Part shown: in pieces, positions 28,702-41,885 of the stretch
Numbering within the stretch: the first letter of the stretch is position 1
Layout: each line of letters starts with the position of its first letter
NCBI GenBank assembly: GCA_001643675.2
Contig: LSRY02000008.1
Coordinates: 62,001-126,000, forward strand
Direction: 5' to 3'
Source: Monocercomonoides exilis PA203
Lineage: Eukaryota > Protista > Preaxostyla
Length of the DNA: 64,000 bases
Notes under the pieces: generated by a model
Databases searched by the model: none
What the model was told of the DNA's origin: nothing
The model's input: the letters and a program-made list of their open reading frames with translations, nothing else
Position numbers and translations under genes: made by a program

Positions 28702-28705
28702 ATCT

Positions 28706-28805
28706 CTTTTCTCCCTTTTCTCCCTTTTCTCCCTTTTCTCCTTTTTCTCCCTTTTCTCCCTTTTCTCTCTTTTCTCCCTTTTCTCCCTTTTCTCTCTTTC
28801 TCTCT
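28706..28805 (+). repeat. (TTTTCTCCC)n 9-bp minisatellite (mirror about 41537-41641)
   Basis: About 11 degenerate units; homopolymer lengths differ slightly between arms. Confidence 0.85.
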
Positions 28806-29369
28806 TTTGCTTTTGTCTTTTCATACAGCCATTTCTTTTCCAAAGGCAACATTTCAGCCTCTCTTCAGAATGTGCATATTCTCCATCAGAGTAAATGGCA
28901 TTCATCTTTCACTTCTCTTCTGCCACACACTTAGACACTCCCAAACACACACTCTCTCAACTGTTGCTGTGGCAGATCCAAATGAATGCATCCCTGAAGC
29001 GATTTGAAATGTGAATGAAAAAATAAAAAAGAAATGAATTGGTGAAAAGAAATGACTGAACTCAATTCTAAGAGTGTTTCTGAGGGTTTTGGTGCAAAAG
29101 CAAAAGAGCAGAAAATATAAGACTCAACATAATTTCACAGGTTAATTACTTTTCACTACTTGGCTTTTCATTTTCATTCACTTATAATTTGTTAAACGAA
29201 CGTCAAAAGAAATAAAAATATGAATAATTAATCTTGAGTTTTTTTCTGTTTTGAAAAAATTGTTTGAATAACAAAATGCCACACTGCCAAAAATCATGCA
29301 ATCACTTTATGCTCATTTTCTTATTTATTTAAAGATGATAAACAGTTTTTTTAAAAAAAATATTCAAAT

Positions 29370-31991
29370 ATGATCAAGTATATAATATTTATTTCAAATA
29401 ATACTTTTTAACGATTGACTTTTTTCTGCTTATATTGCAGGACGAGCAGCAAAACCGAAGCGTTGAGCGGTAAAATAAGATATACAACAGATATGCAAAA
29501 ATTGAAAAGTGATCCATTGAAAAGGGACAAGGATGGAAGAACAGAAGCAATGCGATGGATTGTTGAGAAAATGACAGAACCTCCGTTGGAAATGAGACAT
29601 GAAACAACGCTTCATGATAAAAATGGTTGGACAATGGCAATGCTGTGGATTGGATTTACCCATACGGAACCTCCACAATGGATGAGACATGATATAACTC
29701 TCGGAAATAATAATGGATCAACGATGGCAATGATATGGATCACAAACATCAAAACAGAGCCACCAGAATGGATGAGGCATGATATTGCGCTTCCCAATAA
29801 AATTGGATCGATAATGGCCTTTTATTGGATTATATACGTTAATTCAGAACCGCCGAAGTGGATGAGACACGATATTGCATATACAAATTATAAAGGATGC
29901 TCAATGGCTATGTATTGGATTGAATTTGTGAAGACAGAGCCACCAATGTGGATGAGACATGATATTACACTTACCAATAAGAATGGGTACACAATGGCCA
30001 TGCTATGGATTTATAATTTCAAAACAGAACCCCCAGAATGGATGAGACACGATATTTCACTTGCTGATAAAGACGGATGGACAATGGCTATGTATTGGAT
30101 TCACTTTGTCAAGATGGAACCGCCAGAATGGATGAGACATAAAATAACACTTGGCAAAAAGGATGACTGGACAATGGCGATGCTATGGATTTATCATGTC
30201 AAGACAGAGCCACCAGAATGGATGAGACACGATACAACACTTAAAGATTCTGATGGATGGACAATGGCCATGCTGTGGATTGAATATGTGAAGACAGAAC
30301 CACCAATGTGGATGAGACATGATATTACACTTCGCGATAGCGGTGGAGAGACAATGGCTATGCTGTGGATAAAGGAGGTCAAGACAGAACCACCTTTATC
30401 AATAAGACATGCAATAATACTTACAGATAACAATGGTGAAACAATGGCGATGAAGTGGATTCAATTTGTGAAGACAGAGCCACCAGAATGGATGAGGCAT
30501 GACAACGAAATTGCTGACAAAGAAGGACGAACAATGGCAATGCATTGGTTAAAGGAAGTTAAGACAGAACCTCCTTTATGGATGACAATGGATAACGCAC
30601 AAGGCAACAATGATGGGAGGACATTGTCAATGAAGTGGATTGTGGAGAAAAAAACAGAACCTCCCGAGTGGATGAGGCATGATGTAACATTAGGGAATAT
30701 CAATGGGAATACGATGGCCATGCTGTGGATTGCACATGCGAAAACAGAACCACCAAAATGGTTGAGGCATGAAAGTGCGCTTGCAGACAATGACGGATGG
30801 ACGATGGCAATGTATTTTATTATTTGCGTAAGAGCTGATCCTCCAGAGTGGATGAGACACAGTATTACGCTTTCTGATAAGAGTGGAAGGACAATGGCCA
30901 TGCATTGGATTAGAAATATCAAAACAGAGCCACCAGAGTGGATGAGGCACAATGTTGCTCTGAGAAACAAGGAAGGAAAAACAATGGCCATGTTGTGGAT
31001 TCACTTTGTTCAAACAGACCCTCCAGAGTGGATGAGGCATGATATTGCGCTTGTTGAAAAATTTGGCAGGACAATGGCTATGATATGGATTGAATGTGCT
31101 AAAGCAGATCCACCAGAATGGATGAGACACGAAAATACATTCGCAGACAAAGGAGGACGAACAATGGCTATGATATGGATTGAATATGTGAAGACAGAAC
31201 CACCGAAATGGATGAGACATGGAAGTTCATTTCCTGATAAAGACGGCAAAACAATGGCCATGCTGTGGATTGAACTCGTGAAGACAAATCCACCAGAATG
31301 GATGAGACACGACGTAGCACTCAAAGATAATGACGGGTGCACAATGGCAATGCTGTGGATTGAGAATGTTAAAGCAGACCTACCTGAATGGATGAGGCAT
31401 GATATTACTCTTGGAAATAAGAAAGGAAAAACGATGGCAATGATATGGGTTGCAAATGCTAAGACAGACCCACCAGAGTGGATGAGACATAACAACGAAG
31501 TTGCAGACAAGAAAGGACGAACAATGGCCATGCATTGGATAAAGGAAATCAAGACTGAGACACCACTGTGGATGAGACACAACATTATCCTTAATGACTG
31601 TTATGGCTTGACAATGGCGATGATATGGATTACAAATGTCTTTTCAGAGCCGCCAGAATGGATGAGACATGACATTGAACGAACCGATATCCTGGGACGA
31701 ACAATGTCGATGATGTGGATTCAGTTCACTGAAACTGAACCACCAGAATGGATGAGGCATAAAAATGAATTTAAGGATAAGGCTGGGAAAACGATGATCA
31801 ACTATTGGGAAGAATATGCGAGAAGAGAGATCCCGGAATGGATGAAATACGATGAATTTGTTGTTGTTGTTGCAGATAATGATGGAGCAACAGATGCAAT
31901 GCGTTGGCTCAAGGAAATGTTACAAAAGCATCAGAACGAAAGTGGAAAGGAAATACACTTGAAGTTGAAGATAGAATCGGGAAGGGAATAA
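29370..31991 (+). CDS. Solenoid protein with about 27 x 30-aa Trp/Met ankyrin-like repeats (copy B); probable 5' micro-exon
   Basis: Open frame 29415-31991. ATG ATC AA (29370-29377), a GT...TTGCAG intron (29378-29440) and the long exon join in frame (MIKTSSKTEAL). Alternative start ATG 29493. Confidence 0.9.
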
Positions 31992-32999
31992 TGCAGATTT
32001 ATTTGTTGAAGTGAGATCCATTGCCATCACGAATGAAATGATGTATTGCAGCTGGAGATAAGCGCATGATGATGAGTGTTGAAATAGATGCACCAGAAAT
32101 GGAAGAAGACTGATAATTCCGCAAGAGTGATTGAATCATTTGCATTGAAGATATTATTTCTGAAGCATTAAACAAACGAACCAACAGATTTGCATGTGTG
32201 TAAATAAAGGCTGTTTAGCAACATTTCTTAATTCATGACTTTTCTTTCTCTCTTTCTTTGAAGCTGGTTTTGCTCTATTGGCAGATGGTTGGACATGCTT
32301 CAAAGATATCTCATTTTGATCTCTTTTCGATTTGCTTTCGATTGTTTTTTCATTTCAGCAGAACAATTGAAGCTGTTCACTTCAAAATTTTTATTTTTGC
32401 TTATTTTTCAAAATATATCTTTTCAATTTTTATTTGATTTTGTAAATAATGAATGACAAGCTCAATGTAAATCATCTTATTTTCTTTTTTTCTTTTCTTT
32501 TCTTCTTCTTCTTATTTTTTTTTTTCCAATTTGCCAACGTAACCGAAATTTCACTTTGGCATTTTGAAAATGAAATGAGCATTTCTGTGATTTGGAGTTG
32601 AGAGAACTGTTATTCTTAGTTGTTGTGCTTTGACGATTTTGTTGCAGCCATTTTGATCAGATTCAACAGTTGCAATTCAGTTAATTATTGAGTCATATTT
32701 GTTCATTTTTGGGAATTGAAAGTGTTTCGTTGCTATCTTGAAAAAAACACAGAATATTCACAAAGACAACATGAACTTTGACATTCAGATGGTTCATTTG
32801 AAATCACACGAAGTCACAATTTCTGAGAAAGACATAACAAATATCTGTAAGTGTCACATTAATGATTTATTAAAAAAGCTTCGAAGAAATACACATTTTT
32901 ATATCGCATTGACAAATCACATTACACAATAATATGTGTGAAAAAAATAAAATTGATTATTAAAAAAGGAAATCCTTTTGTGAAATAGGCCCCATTGTC

Positions 33000-34460
33000 G
33001 TTGTTGAAAACTCATTTATTGAAGTGTGAGAAATTCTCTTCAAACACATCTGAATGACAAAAATCAGAGTTCCGATTGAATACTGTCTCTTTCGAATTGT
33101 GGAAGAAGGCAAGCTGAAGAACAGATGAAAACCTCGAGGAGAGAGCGTGAATGATTCAATGAAGAAGACTCATGAACTGTTTGAGATGGAAACTATGGAA
33201 ATGCCATTGAAGAAAGGAGAAAAATAGATGGATCAATCACAATCTTCTGAACATCTTTTCCACTGAAGGAGGTTCAGTTGAATGCATTCGAGGTAAAATG
33301 TTCAGACATGATTCTTTTAATGAGAATTGGAAAAGATTTTCTTTTCCATTCACTTCAACAACAGAAACAGAATCCACATTTGTCATGCAGGAGAATTTAT
33401 ATCCAACCACTTCATTCGTGTTGAATCTGATTATACCAATCACTTGAATGTGGATTTGAGGGGTTCGCTGTTTTTGTTGTTGGGTGGAAGAAACGAGATG
33501 AATGAGACGAAAACAGCTGTTCAATTCCCATTAGTGGTGGGAAATAATATCTTCCATTCATTTCACGAAGACAAAGAATAATCTTCAATGACTGATCAAT
33601 ATTCTCACATTTCATAATTCTCTGAGCATGCGATGTATTCATCCATCTCTTCATCAACAGCCATGCCATCCATGAGTGATCATGAGGAGGAGGACGAAAT
33701 CCTTCTGCCCTCATCAGTCTTTGAGGTGGAAGATGTCAGAGCTGGTGATGGGAATGAAGATGTGAAAAGCAAAGGAGGATGTGATATACTCAATCTGGAC
33801 AATCCTTTCAGAGCATTTGATGCTTCTTGTTCACTTTTGTGGGAGAAATGTTGGCAGATACGCTCCATCTTTTATTTGTGTCTGTTCTGTTGTTGACTTT
33901 GATGCTCAATCTGGTTATCGAATTAATAAACATGAAAGATGTTAAATTATCGTCTGCACAACTAATTCAACCAATTCCTTCTTTTCTCTTTCATGTTCCT
34001 CTTTCTCTTCGCCATGTTTCTTCTTCTTTCTTCTTTTGTCTTATTTTTCATCTTTATCTCCTTCCCTTTTATGGTTCTTCCACATATTCGTTTATGAGTG
34101 CATGAATTTCTGTGGTAACATCTCTGCTGCAATCATCATCTCTCACAGTCCTGACTCCAATTTCTGCTTCTCTTCATTCCTCTGAGCAGGCTTCTCTTTC
34201 ACTTTCATTTTCTTCAGCTCATCACTCCTCATCGTAGATGCTATCCTTCTTTCCCTTCTTCTTCTTCTTCTTCTTTCCCCTCTTCTTCTTCATATCCTTC
34301 CTCTGTTTCCAACTTTAATCTCTTCAACTCTCTCTTCTTCGTGCTCAATACCATAACTTGCACTTCTTCTGTCAATTCTTCATGACTCATCCCACTTCCA
34401 TTGTGCGTGTCTGTCTTCAACTGAGTTGCAGAATTATTGAGAGAAAATAACTGAATAGAA
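33000..34460 (-). pseudogene. Decayed gene remnants carried in the inverted duplication (mirror about 35880-37340, + strand)
   Basis: Short coding-like fragments (33237-33524, 33680-33868, acidic/basic stretch near 34230-34420) with frameshifts. No domain recognised. Confidence 0.3.
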
Positions 34461-37400
34461 TAAGGGAATGTATTTCTTGATTTAATTAATATTTTTGAGT
34501 CAATTGGAGAAGAAGAGGATATTGAAATATCATTCGGGGAATCCGCTTCGGAGAAGAGAGAAAGATGGATTTATTGATAATCTGGTTGGGAAGGAAAAGG
34601 AAATGATTCAACAATGGAAAAAAAGAAGAATAAGAGAAAGCAATGAATGGAGAAGGTGTAGGAGTACACATGAAGCTGAATAGAAGTCAAACAATAAATC
34701 CTCTTCTTTTCTTTCAAAGAGAATCTTTATTTCCTGTTCCACCCCTCCTCAATTATCAACATTTCTATATTTGCAATTGCTTTTTCATACGAAAAAAGTG
34801 CTATCATTCACTAAACATTCATCTCTCCCCTTCTTATCTTTCACTTTCGCTTTCTCTCCGACTTCTCCAACACTTTCCCCAAATGATTGGTCTTTGTCCA
34901 ATCTCATGTTGCACAAGCTTCAAATCAAAACTTCTTTTTCCTCTTCCTCCTCTTCCTCCTCTTCCTCTTCTTTGCATTTGGCATATTTGTTCACATTTTT
35001 TTTAATGATGAATTATTATCATATAAGTTATATAAGAAGTATCTGTCTTCACAGATATGCTGAGATTCATGGAATGAAATATATTGCTTTCTTGATTTTG
35101 TTTCATACCAATTTTTTCTTTTCTTTTTCATTGTTTTTTAATTTTTTTTAAATACTTTTTTGTTTTGTGAAGAAGAAACAGAAAACGTCGATGTTTTCTT
35201 CGATCATGTGTGCCTTGTTTGAACTTGAGAAGTTTTACACCGCAAATGCTGAAGAAAACTGAAAAGGAAAGAAAGAATGCTATCTGCGTACAGCTTTTCA
35301 TAAAAAAAGATCATTTCTTCACAGAAGAAGAGAAGTTGGAAAAGGAGAAAAATAAGAAAAAAAATAAAAAAGAAGAGGAAGAAGAAAAAGAAAAAAAAGA
35401 AAAGGAAGATGTTTTGATTTGAAGCTTGTGCAACATGAGATTGGACAAAGACCAATCATTTGGGGAAAGTGTTGGAGAAGTCGGAGAGAAAGCGAAAGTG
35501 AAAGATAAGAAGGGGAGAGATGAATGTTTAGTGAATGATAGCACTTTTTTCGTATGAAAAAGCAATTGCAAATATAGAAATGTTGATAATTGAGGAGGGG
35601 TGGAACAGGAAATAAAGATTCTCTTTGAAAGAAAAGAAGAGGATTTATTGTTTGACTTCTATTCAGCTTCATGTGTACTCCTACACCTTCTCCATTCATT
35701 GCTTTCTCTTATTCTTCTTTTTTTCCATTGTTGAATCATTTCCTTTTCCTTCCCAACCAGATTATCAATAAATCCATCTTTCTCTCTTCTCCGAAGCGGA
35801 TTCCCCGAATGATATTTCAATATCCTCTTCTTCTCCAATTGACTCAAAAATATTAATTAAATCAAGAAATACATTCCCTTATTCTATTCAGTTATTTTCT
35901 CTCAATAATTCTGCAACTCAGTTGAAGACAGACACGCACAATGGAAGTGGGATGAGTCATGAAGAATTGACAGAAGAAGTGCAAGTTATGGTATTGAGCA
36001 CGAAGAAGAGAGAGTTGAAGAGATTAAAGTTGGAAACAGAGGAAGGATATGAAGAAGAAGAGGGAAAGAAGAAGAAGAAGAAGAAGGGAAAGAAGGATAG
36101 CATCTACGATGAGGAGTGATGAGCTGAAGAAAATGAAAGTGAAAGAGAAGCCTGCTCAGAGGAATGAAGAGAAGCAGAAATTGGAGTCAGGACTGTGAGA
36201 GATGATGATTGCAGCAGAGATGTTACCACAGAAATTCATGCACTCATAAACGAATATGTGGAAGAACCATAAAAGGGAAGGAGATAAAGATGAAAAATAA
36301 GACAAAAGAAGAAAGAAGAAGAAACATGGCGAAGAGAAAGAGGAACATGAAAGAGAAAAGAAGGAATTGGTTGAATTAGTTGTGCAGACGATAATTTAAC
36401 ATCTTTCATGTTTATTAATTCGATAACCAGATTGAGCATCAAAGTCAACAACAGAACAGACACAAATAAAAGATGGAGCGTATCTGCCAACATTTCTCCC
36501 ACAAAAGTGAACAAGAAGCATCAAATGCTCTGAAAGGATTGTCCAGATTGAGTATATCACATCCTCCTTTGCTTTTCACATCTTCATTCCCATCACCAGC
36601 TCTGACATCTTCCACCTCAAAGACTGATGAGGGCAGAAGGATTTCGTCCTCCTCCTCATGATCACTCATGGATGGCATGGCTGTTGATGAAGAGATGGAT
36701 GAATACATCGCATGCTCAGAGAATTATGAAATGTGAGAATATTGATCAGTCATTGAAGATTATTCTTTGTCTTCGTGAAATGAATGGAAGATATTATTTC
36801 CCACCACTAATGGGAATTGAACAGCTGTTTTCGTCTCATTCATCTCGTTTCTTCCACCCAACAACAAAAACAGCGAACCCCTCAAATCCACATTCAAGTG
36901 ATTGGTATAATCAGATTCAACACGAATGAAGTGGTTGGATATAAATTCTCCTGCATGACAAATGTGGATTCTGTTTCTGTTGTTGAAGTGAATGGAAAAG
37001 AAAATCTTTTCCAATTCTCATTAAAAGAATCATGTCTGAACATTTTACCTCGAATGCATTCAACTGAACCTCCTTCAGTGGAAAAGATGTTCAGAAGATT
37101 GTGATTGATCCATCTATTTTTCTCCTTTCTTCAATGGCATTTCCATAGTTTCCATCTCAAACAGTTCATGAGTCTTCTTCATTGAATCATTCACGCTCTC
37201 TCCTCGAGGTTTTCATCTGTTCTTCAGCTTGCCTTCTTCCACAATTCGAAAGAGACAGTATTCAATCGGAACTCTGATTTTTGTCATTCAGATGTGTTTG
37301 AAGAGAATTTCTCACACTTCAATAAATGAGTTTTCAACAACGACAATGGGGCCTATTTCACAAAAGGATTTCCTTTTTTAATAATCAATTTTATTTTTTT

Positions 37401-38351
37401 CACACATATTATTGTGTAATGTGATTTGTCAATGCGATATAAAAATGTGTATTTCTTCGAAGCTTTTTTAATAAATCATTAATGTGACACTTACAGATAT
37501 TTGTTATGTCTTTCTCAGAAATTGTGACTTCGTGTGATTTCAAATGAACCATCTGAATGTCAAAGTTCATGTTGTCTTTGTGAATATTCTGTGTTTTTTT
37601 CAAGATAGCAACGAAACACTTTCAATTCCCAAAAATGAACAAATATGACTCAATAATTAACTGAATTGCAACTGTTGAATCTGATCAAAATGGCTGCAAC
37701 AAAATCGTCAAAGCACAACAACTAAGAATAACAGTTCTCTCAACTCCAAATCACAGAAATGCTCATTTCATTTTCAAAATGCCAAAGTGAAATTTCGGTT
37801 ACGTTGGCAAATTGGAAAAAAAAAAATAAGAAGAAGAAGAAAAGAAAAGAAAAAAAAGAAAAATAAGATGATTTACATTGAGCTTGTCATTCATTATTTA
37901 CAAAATCAAATAAAAATTGAAAAGATATATTTTGAAAAATAAGCAAAAATAAAAATTTTGAAGTGAACAGCTTCAATTGTTCTGCTGAAATGAAAAAACA
38001 ATCGAAAGCAAATCGAAAAGAGATCAAAATGAGATATCTTTGAAGCATGTCCAACCATCTGCCAATAGAGCAAAACCAGCTTCAAAGAAAGAGAGAAAGA
38101 AAAGTCATGAATTAAGAAATGTTGCTAAACAGCCTTTATTTACACACATGCAAATCTGTTGGTTCGTTTGTTTAATGCTTCAGAAATAATATCTTCAATG
38201 CAAATGATTCAATCACTCTTGCGGAATTATCAGTCTTCTTCCATTTCTGGTGCATCTATTTCAACACTCATCATCATGCGCTTATCTCCAGCTGCAATAC
38301 ATCATTTCATTCGTGATGGCAATGGATCTCACTTCAACAAATAAATCTGCA

Positions 38352-40973
38352 TTATTCCCTTCCCGATTCTATCTTCAACTTCAAGTGTATTTCCTTTCCA
38401 CTTTCGTTCTGATGCTTTTGTAACATTTCCTTGAGCCAACGCATTGCATCTGTTGCTCCATCATTATCTGCAACAACAACAACAAATTCATCGTATTTCA
38501 TCCATTCCGGGATCTCTCTTCTCGCATATTCTTCCCAATAGTTGATCATCGTTTTCCCAGCCTTATCCTTAAATTCATTTTTATGCCTCATCCATTCTGG
38601 TGGTTCAGTTTCAGTGAACTGAATCCACATCATCGACATTGTTCGTCCCAGGATATCGGTTCGTTCAATGTCATGTCTCATCCATTCTGGCGGCTCTGAA
38701 AAGACATTTGTAATCCATATCATCGCCATTGTCAAGCCATAACAGTCATTAAGGATAATGTTGTGTCTCATCCACAGTGGTGTCTCAGTCTTGATTTCCT
38801 TTATCCAATGCATGGCCATTGTTCGTCCTTTCTTGTCTGCAACTTCGTTGTTATGTCTCATCCACTCTGGTGGGTCTGTCTTAGCATTTGCAACCCATAT
38901 CATTGCCATCGTTTTTCCTTTCTTATTTCCAAGAGTAATATCATGCCTCATCCATTCAGGTAGGTCTGCTTTAACATTCTCAATCCACAGCATTGCCATT
39001 GTGCACCCGTCATTATCTTTGAGTGCTACGTCGTGTCTCATCCATTCTGGTGGATTTGTCTTCACGAGTTCAATCCACAGCATGGCCATTGTTTTGCCGT
39101 CTTTATCAGGAAATGAACTTCCATGTCTCATCCATTTCGGTGGTTCTGTCTTCACATATTCAATCCATATCATAGCCATTGTTCGTCCTCCTTTGTCTGC
39201 GAATGTATTTTCGTGTCTCATCCATTCTGGTGGATCTGCTTTAGCACATTCAATCCATATCATAGCCATTGTCCTGCCAAATTTTTCAACAAGCGCAATA
39301 TCATGCCTCATCCACTCTGGAGGGTCTGTTTGAACAAAGTGAATCCACAACATGGCCATTGTTTTTCCTTCCTTGTTTCTCAGAGCAACATTGTGCCTCA
39401 TCCACTCTGGTGGCTCTGTTTTGATATTTCTAATCCAATGCATGGCCATTGTCCTTCCACTCTTATCAGAAAGCGTAATACTGTGTCTCATCCACTCTGG
39501 AGGATCAGCTCTTACGCAAATAATAAAATACATTGCCATCGTCCATCCGTCATTGTCTGCAAGCGCACTTTCATGCCTCAACCATTTTGGTGGTTCTGTT
39601 TTCGCATGTGCAATCCACAGCATGGCCATCGTATTCCCATTGATATTCCCTAATGTTACATCATGCCTCATCCACTCGGGAGGTTCTGTTTTTTTCTCCA
39701 CAATCCACTTCATTGACAATGTCCTCCCATCATTGTTGCCTTGTGCGTTATCCATTGTCATCCATAAAGGAGGTTCTGTCTTAACTTCCTTTAACCAATG
39801 CATTGCCATTGTTCGTCCTTCTTTGTCAGCAATTTCGTTGTCATGCCTCATCCATTCTGGTGGCTCTGTCTTCACAAATTGAATCCACTTCATCGCCATT
39901 GTTTCACCATTGTTATCTGTAAGTATTATTGCATGTCTTATTGATAAAGGTGGTTCTGTCTTGACCTCCTTTATCCACAGCATAGCCATTGTCTCTCCAC
40001 CGCTATCGCGAAGTGTAATATCATGTCTCATCCACATTGGTGGTTCTGTCTTCACATATTCAATCCACAGCATGGCCATTGTCCATCCATCAGAATCTTT
40101 AAGTGTTGTATCGTGTCTCATCCATTCTGGTGGCTCTGTCTTGACATGATAAATCCATAGCATCGCCATTGTCCAGTCATCCTTTTTGCCAAGTGTTATT
40201 TTATGTCTCATCCATTCTGGCGGTTCCATCTTGACAAAGTGAATCCAATACATAGCCATTGTCCATCCGTCTTTATCAGCAAGTGAAATATCGTGTCTCA
40301 TCCATTCTGGGGGTTCTGTTTGAACAAATTGAATCCAGAACATAGCCATTGTGTACCCATTCTTATTGGTAAGTGTAATATCATGTCTCATCCACATTGG
40401 TGGCTCTGTCTTCACAAATTCAATCCAATACATAGCCATTGAGCATCCTTTATAATTTGTATATGCAATATCGTGTCTCATCCACTTCGGCGGTTCTGAA
40501 TTAACGTATATAATCCAATAAAAGGCCATTATCGATCCAATTTTATTGGGAAGCGCAATATCATGCCTCATCCATTCTGGTGGCTCTGTTTTGATGTTTG
40601 TGATCCATATCATTGCCATCGTTGATCCATTATTATTTCCGAGAGTTATATCATGTCTCATCCATTGTGGAGGTTCCGTATGGGTAAATCCAATCCACAG
40701 CATTGCCATTGTCCAACCATTTTTATCATGAAGCGTTGTTTCATGTCTCATTTCCAACGGAGGTTCTGTCATTTTCTCAACAATCCATCGCATTGCTTCT
40801 GTTCTTCCATCCTTGTCCCTTTTCAATGGATCACTTTTCAATTTTTGCATATCTGTTGTATATCTTATTTTACCGCTCAACGCTTCGGTTTTGCTGCTCG
40901 TCCTGCAATATAAGCAGAAAAAAGTCAATCGTTAAAAAGTATTATTTGAAATAAATATTATATACTTGATCAT
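38352..40973 (-). CDS. Solenoid 30-aa repeat protein (copy C), inverted duplicate of copy B differing in repeat unit 6
   Basis: Translation identical to copy B except MLWIYNFKT versus MFWIQFVQT. Confidence 0.9.
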
Positions 40974-41645
40974 ATTTGAATATTTTTTTTAAAAAAACTG
41001 TTTATCATCTTTAAATAAATAAGAAAATGAGCATAAAGTGATTGCATGATTTTTGGCAGTGTGGCATTTTGTTATTCAAACAATTTTTCAAAACAGAAAA
41101 AAACTCAAGATTAATTATTCATATTTTTATTTCTTTTGACGTTCGTTTAACAAATTATAAGTGAATGAAAATGAAAAGCCAAGTAGTGAAAAGTAATTAA
41201 CCTGTGAAATTATGTTGAGTCTTATATTTTCTGCTCTTTTGCTTTTGCACCAAAACCCTCAGAAACACTCTTAGAATTGAGTTCAGTCATTTCTTTTCAC
41301 CAATTCATTTCTTTTTTATTTTTTCATTCACATTTCAAATCGCTTCAGGGATGCATTCATTTGGATCTGCCACAGCAACAGTTGAGAGAGTGTGTGTTTG
41401 GGAGTGTCTAAGTGTGTGGCAGAAGAGAAGTGAAAGATGAATGCCATTTACTCTGATGGAGAATATGCACATTCTGAAGAGAGGCTGAAATGTTGCCTTT
41501 GGAAAAGAAATGGCTGTATGAAAAGACAAAAGCAAAAGAGAGAAAAGAGAGAAAAAGGGAGAAAAGGGAGAAAAAGAGAGAAAAAGGGAGAAAAGGGAGA
41601 AAAAAGGAGAAAAGGGAGAAAAGGGAGAAAAGGGAGAAAAGAGAT

Positions 41646-41885
41646 GTCTAAATTTTTTTGAAAAGTTCCGTTTGTTTCATTTTCAAATAAAATTAAATTT
41701 TCATATTTCGATCAAATTTCTGTTCCCACTCACCAAATTTTGCTGTCATGAAAACACAATCTTGACAATGTTATTATTTTATTCAAAGTGAAGTTTCGTA
41801 AGTGGGAACAGAAATTTTATCGAAATATAAAATTTTTTCTTTATTTGAAAATTAAACAAAAGGAACTTTTCAAAAAAATTTTGAC
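41646..41885. mobile_element. Mirror copy of the 240-bp MITE in the right arm
   Basis: Reverse complement of 28462-28701. Confidence 0.75.

Larger units (their letters stand above)
28308..34931 (+). repeat. Left arm (6624 bp) of large inverted duplication
   Basis: Reverse complement of 35411-42039. Most mirrored ORF pairs have identical translations; coordinate sums 70341-70347. Confidence 0.95.

Noticed and set aside
30194-31585. Antisense ORFs over the repeat genes (CLIHSGGSV repeats)
   Set aside because: Stop-poor shadows of the periodic sense sequence.
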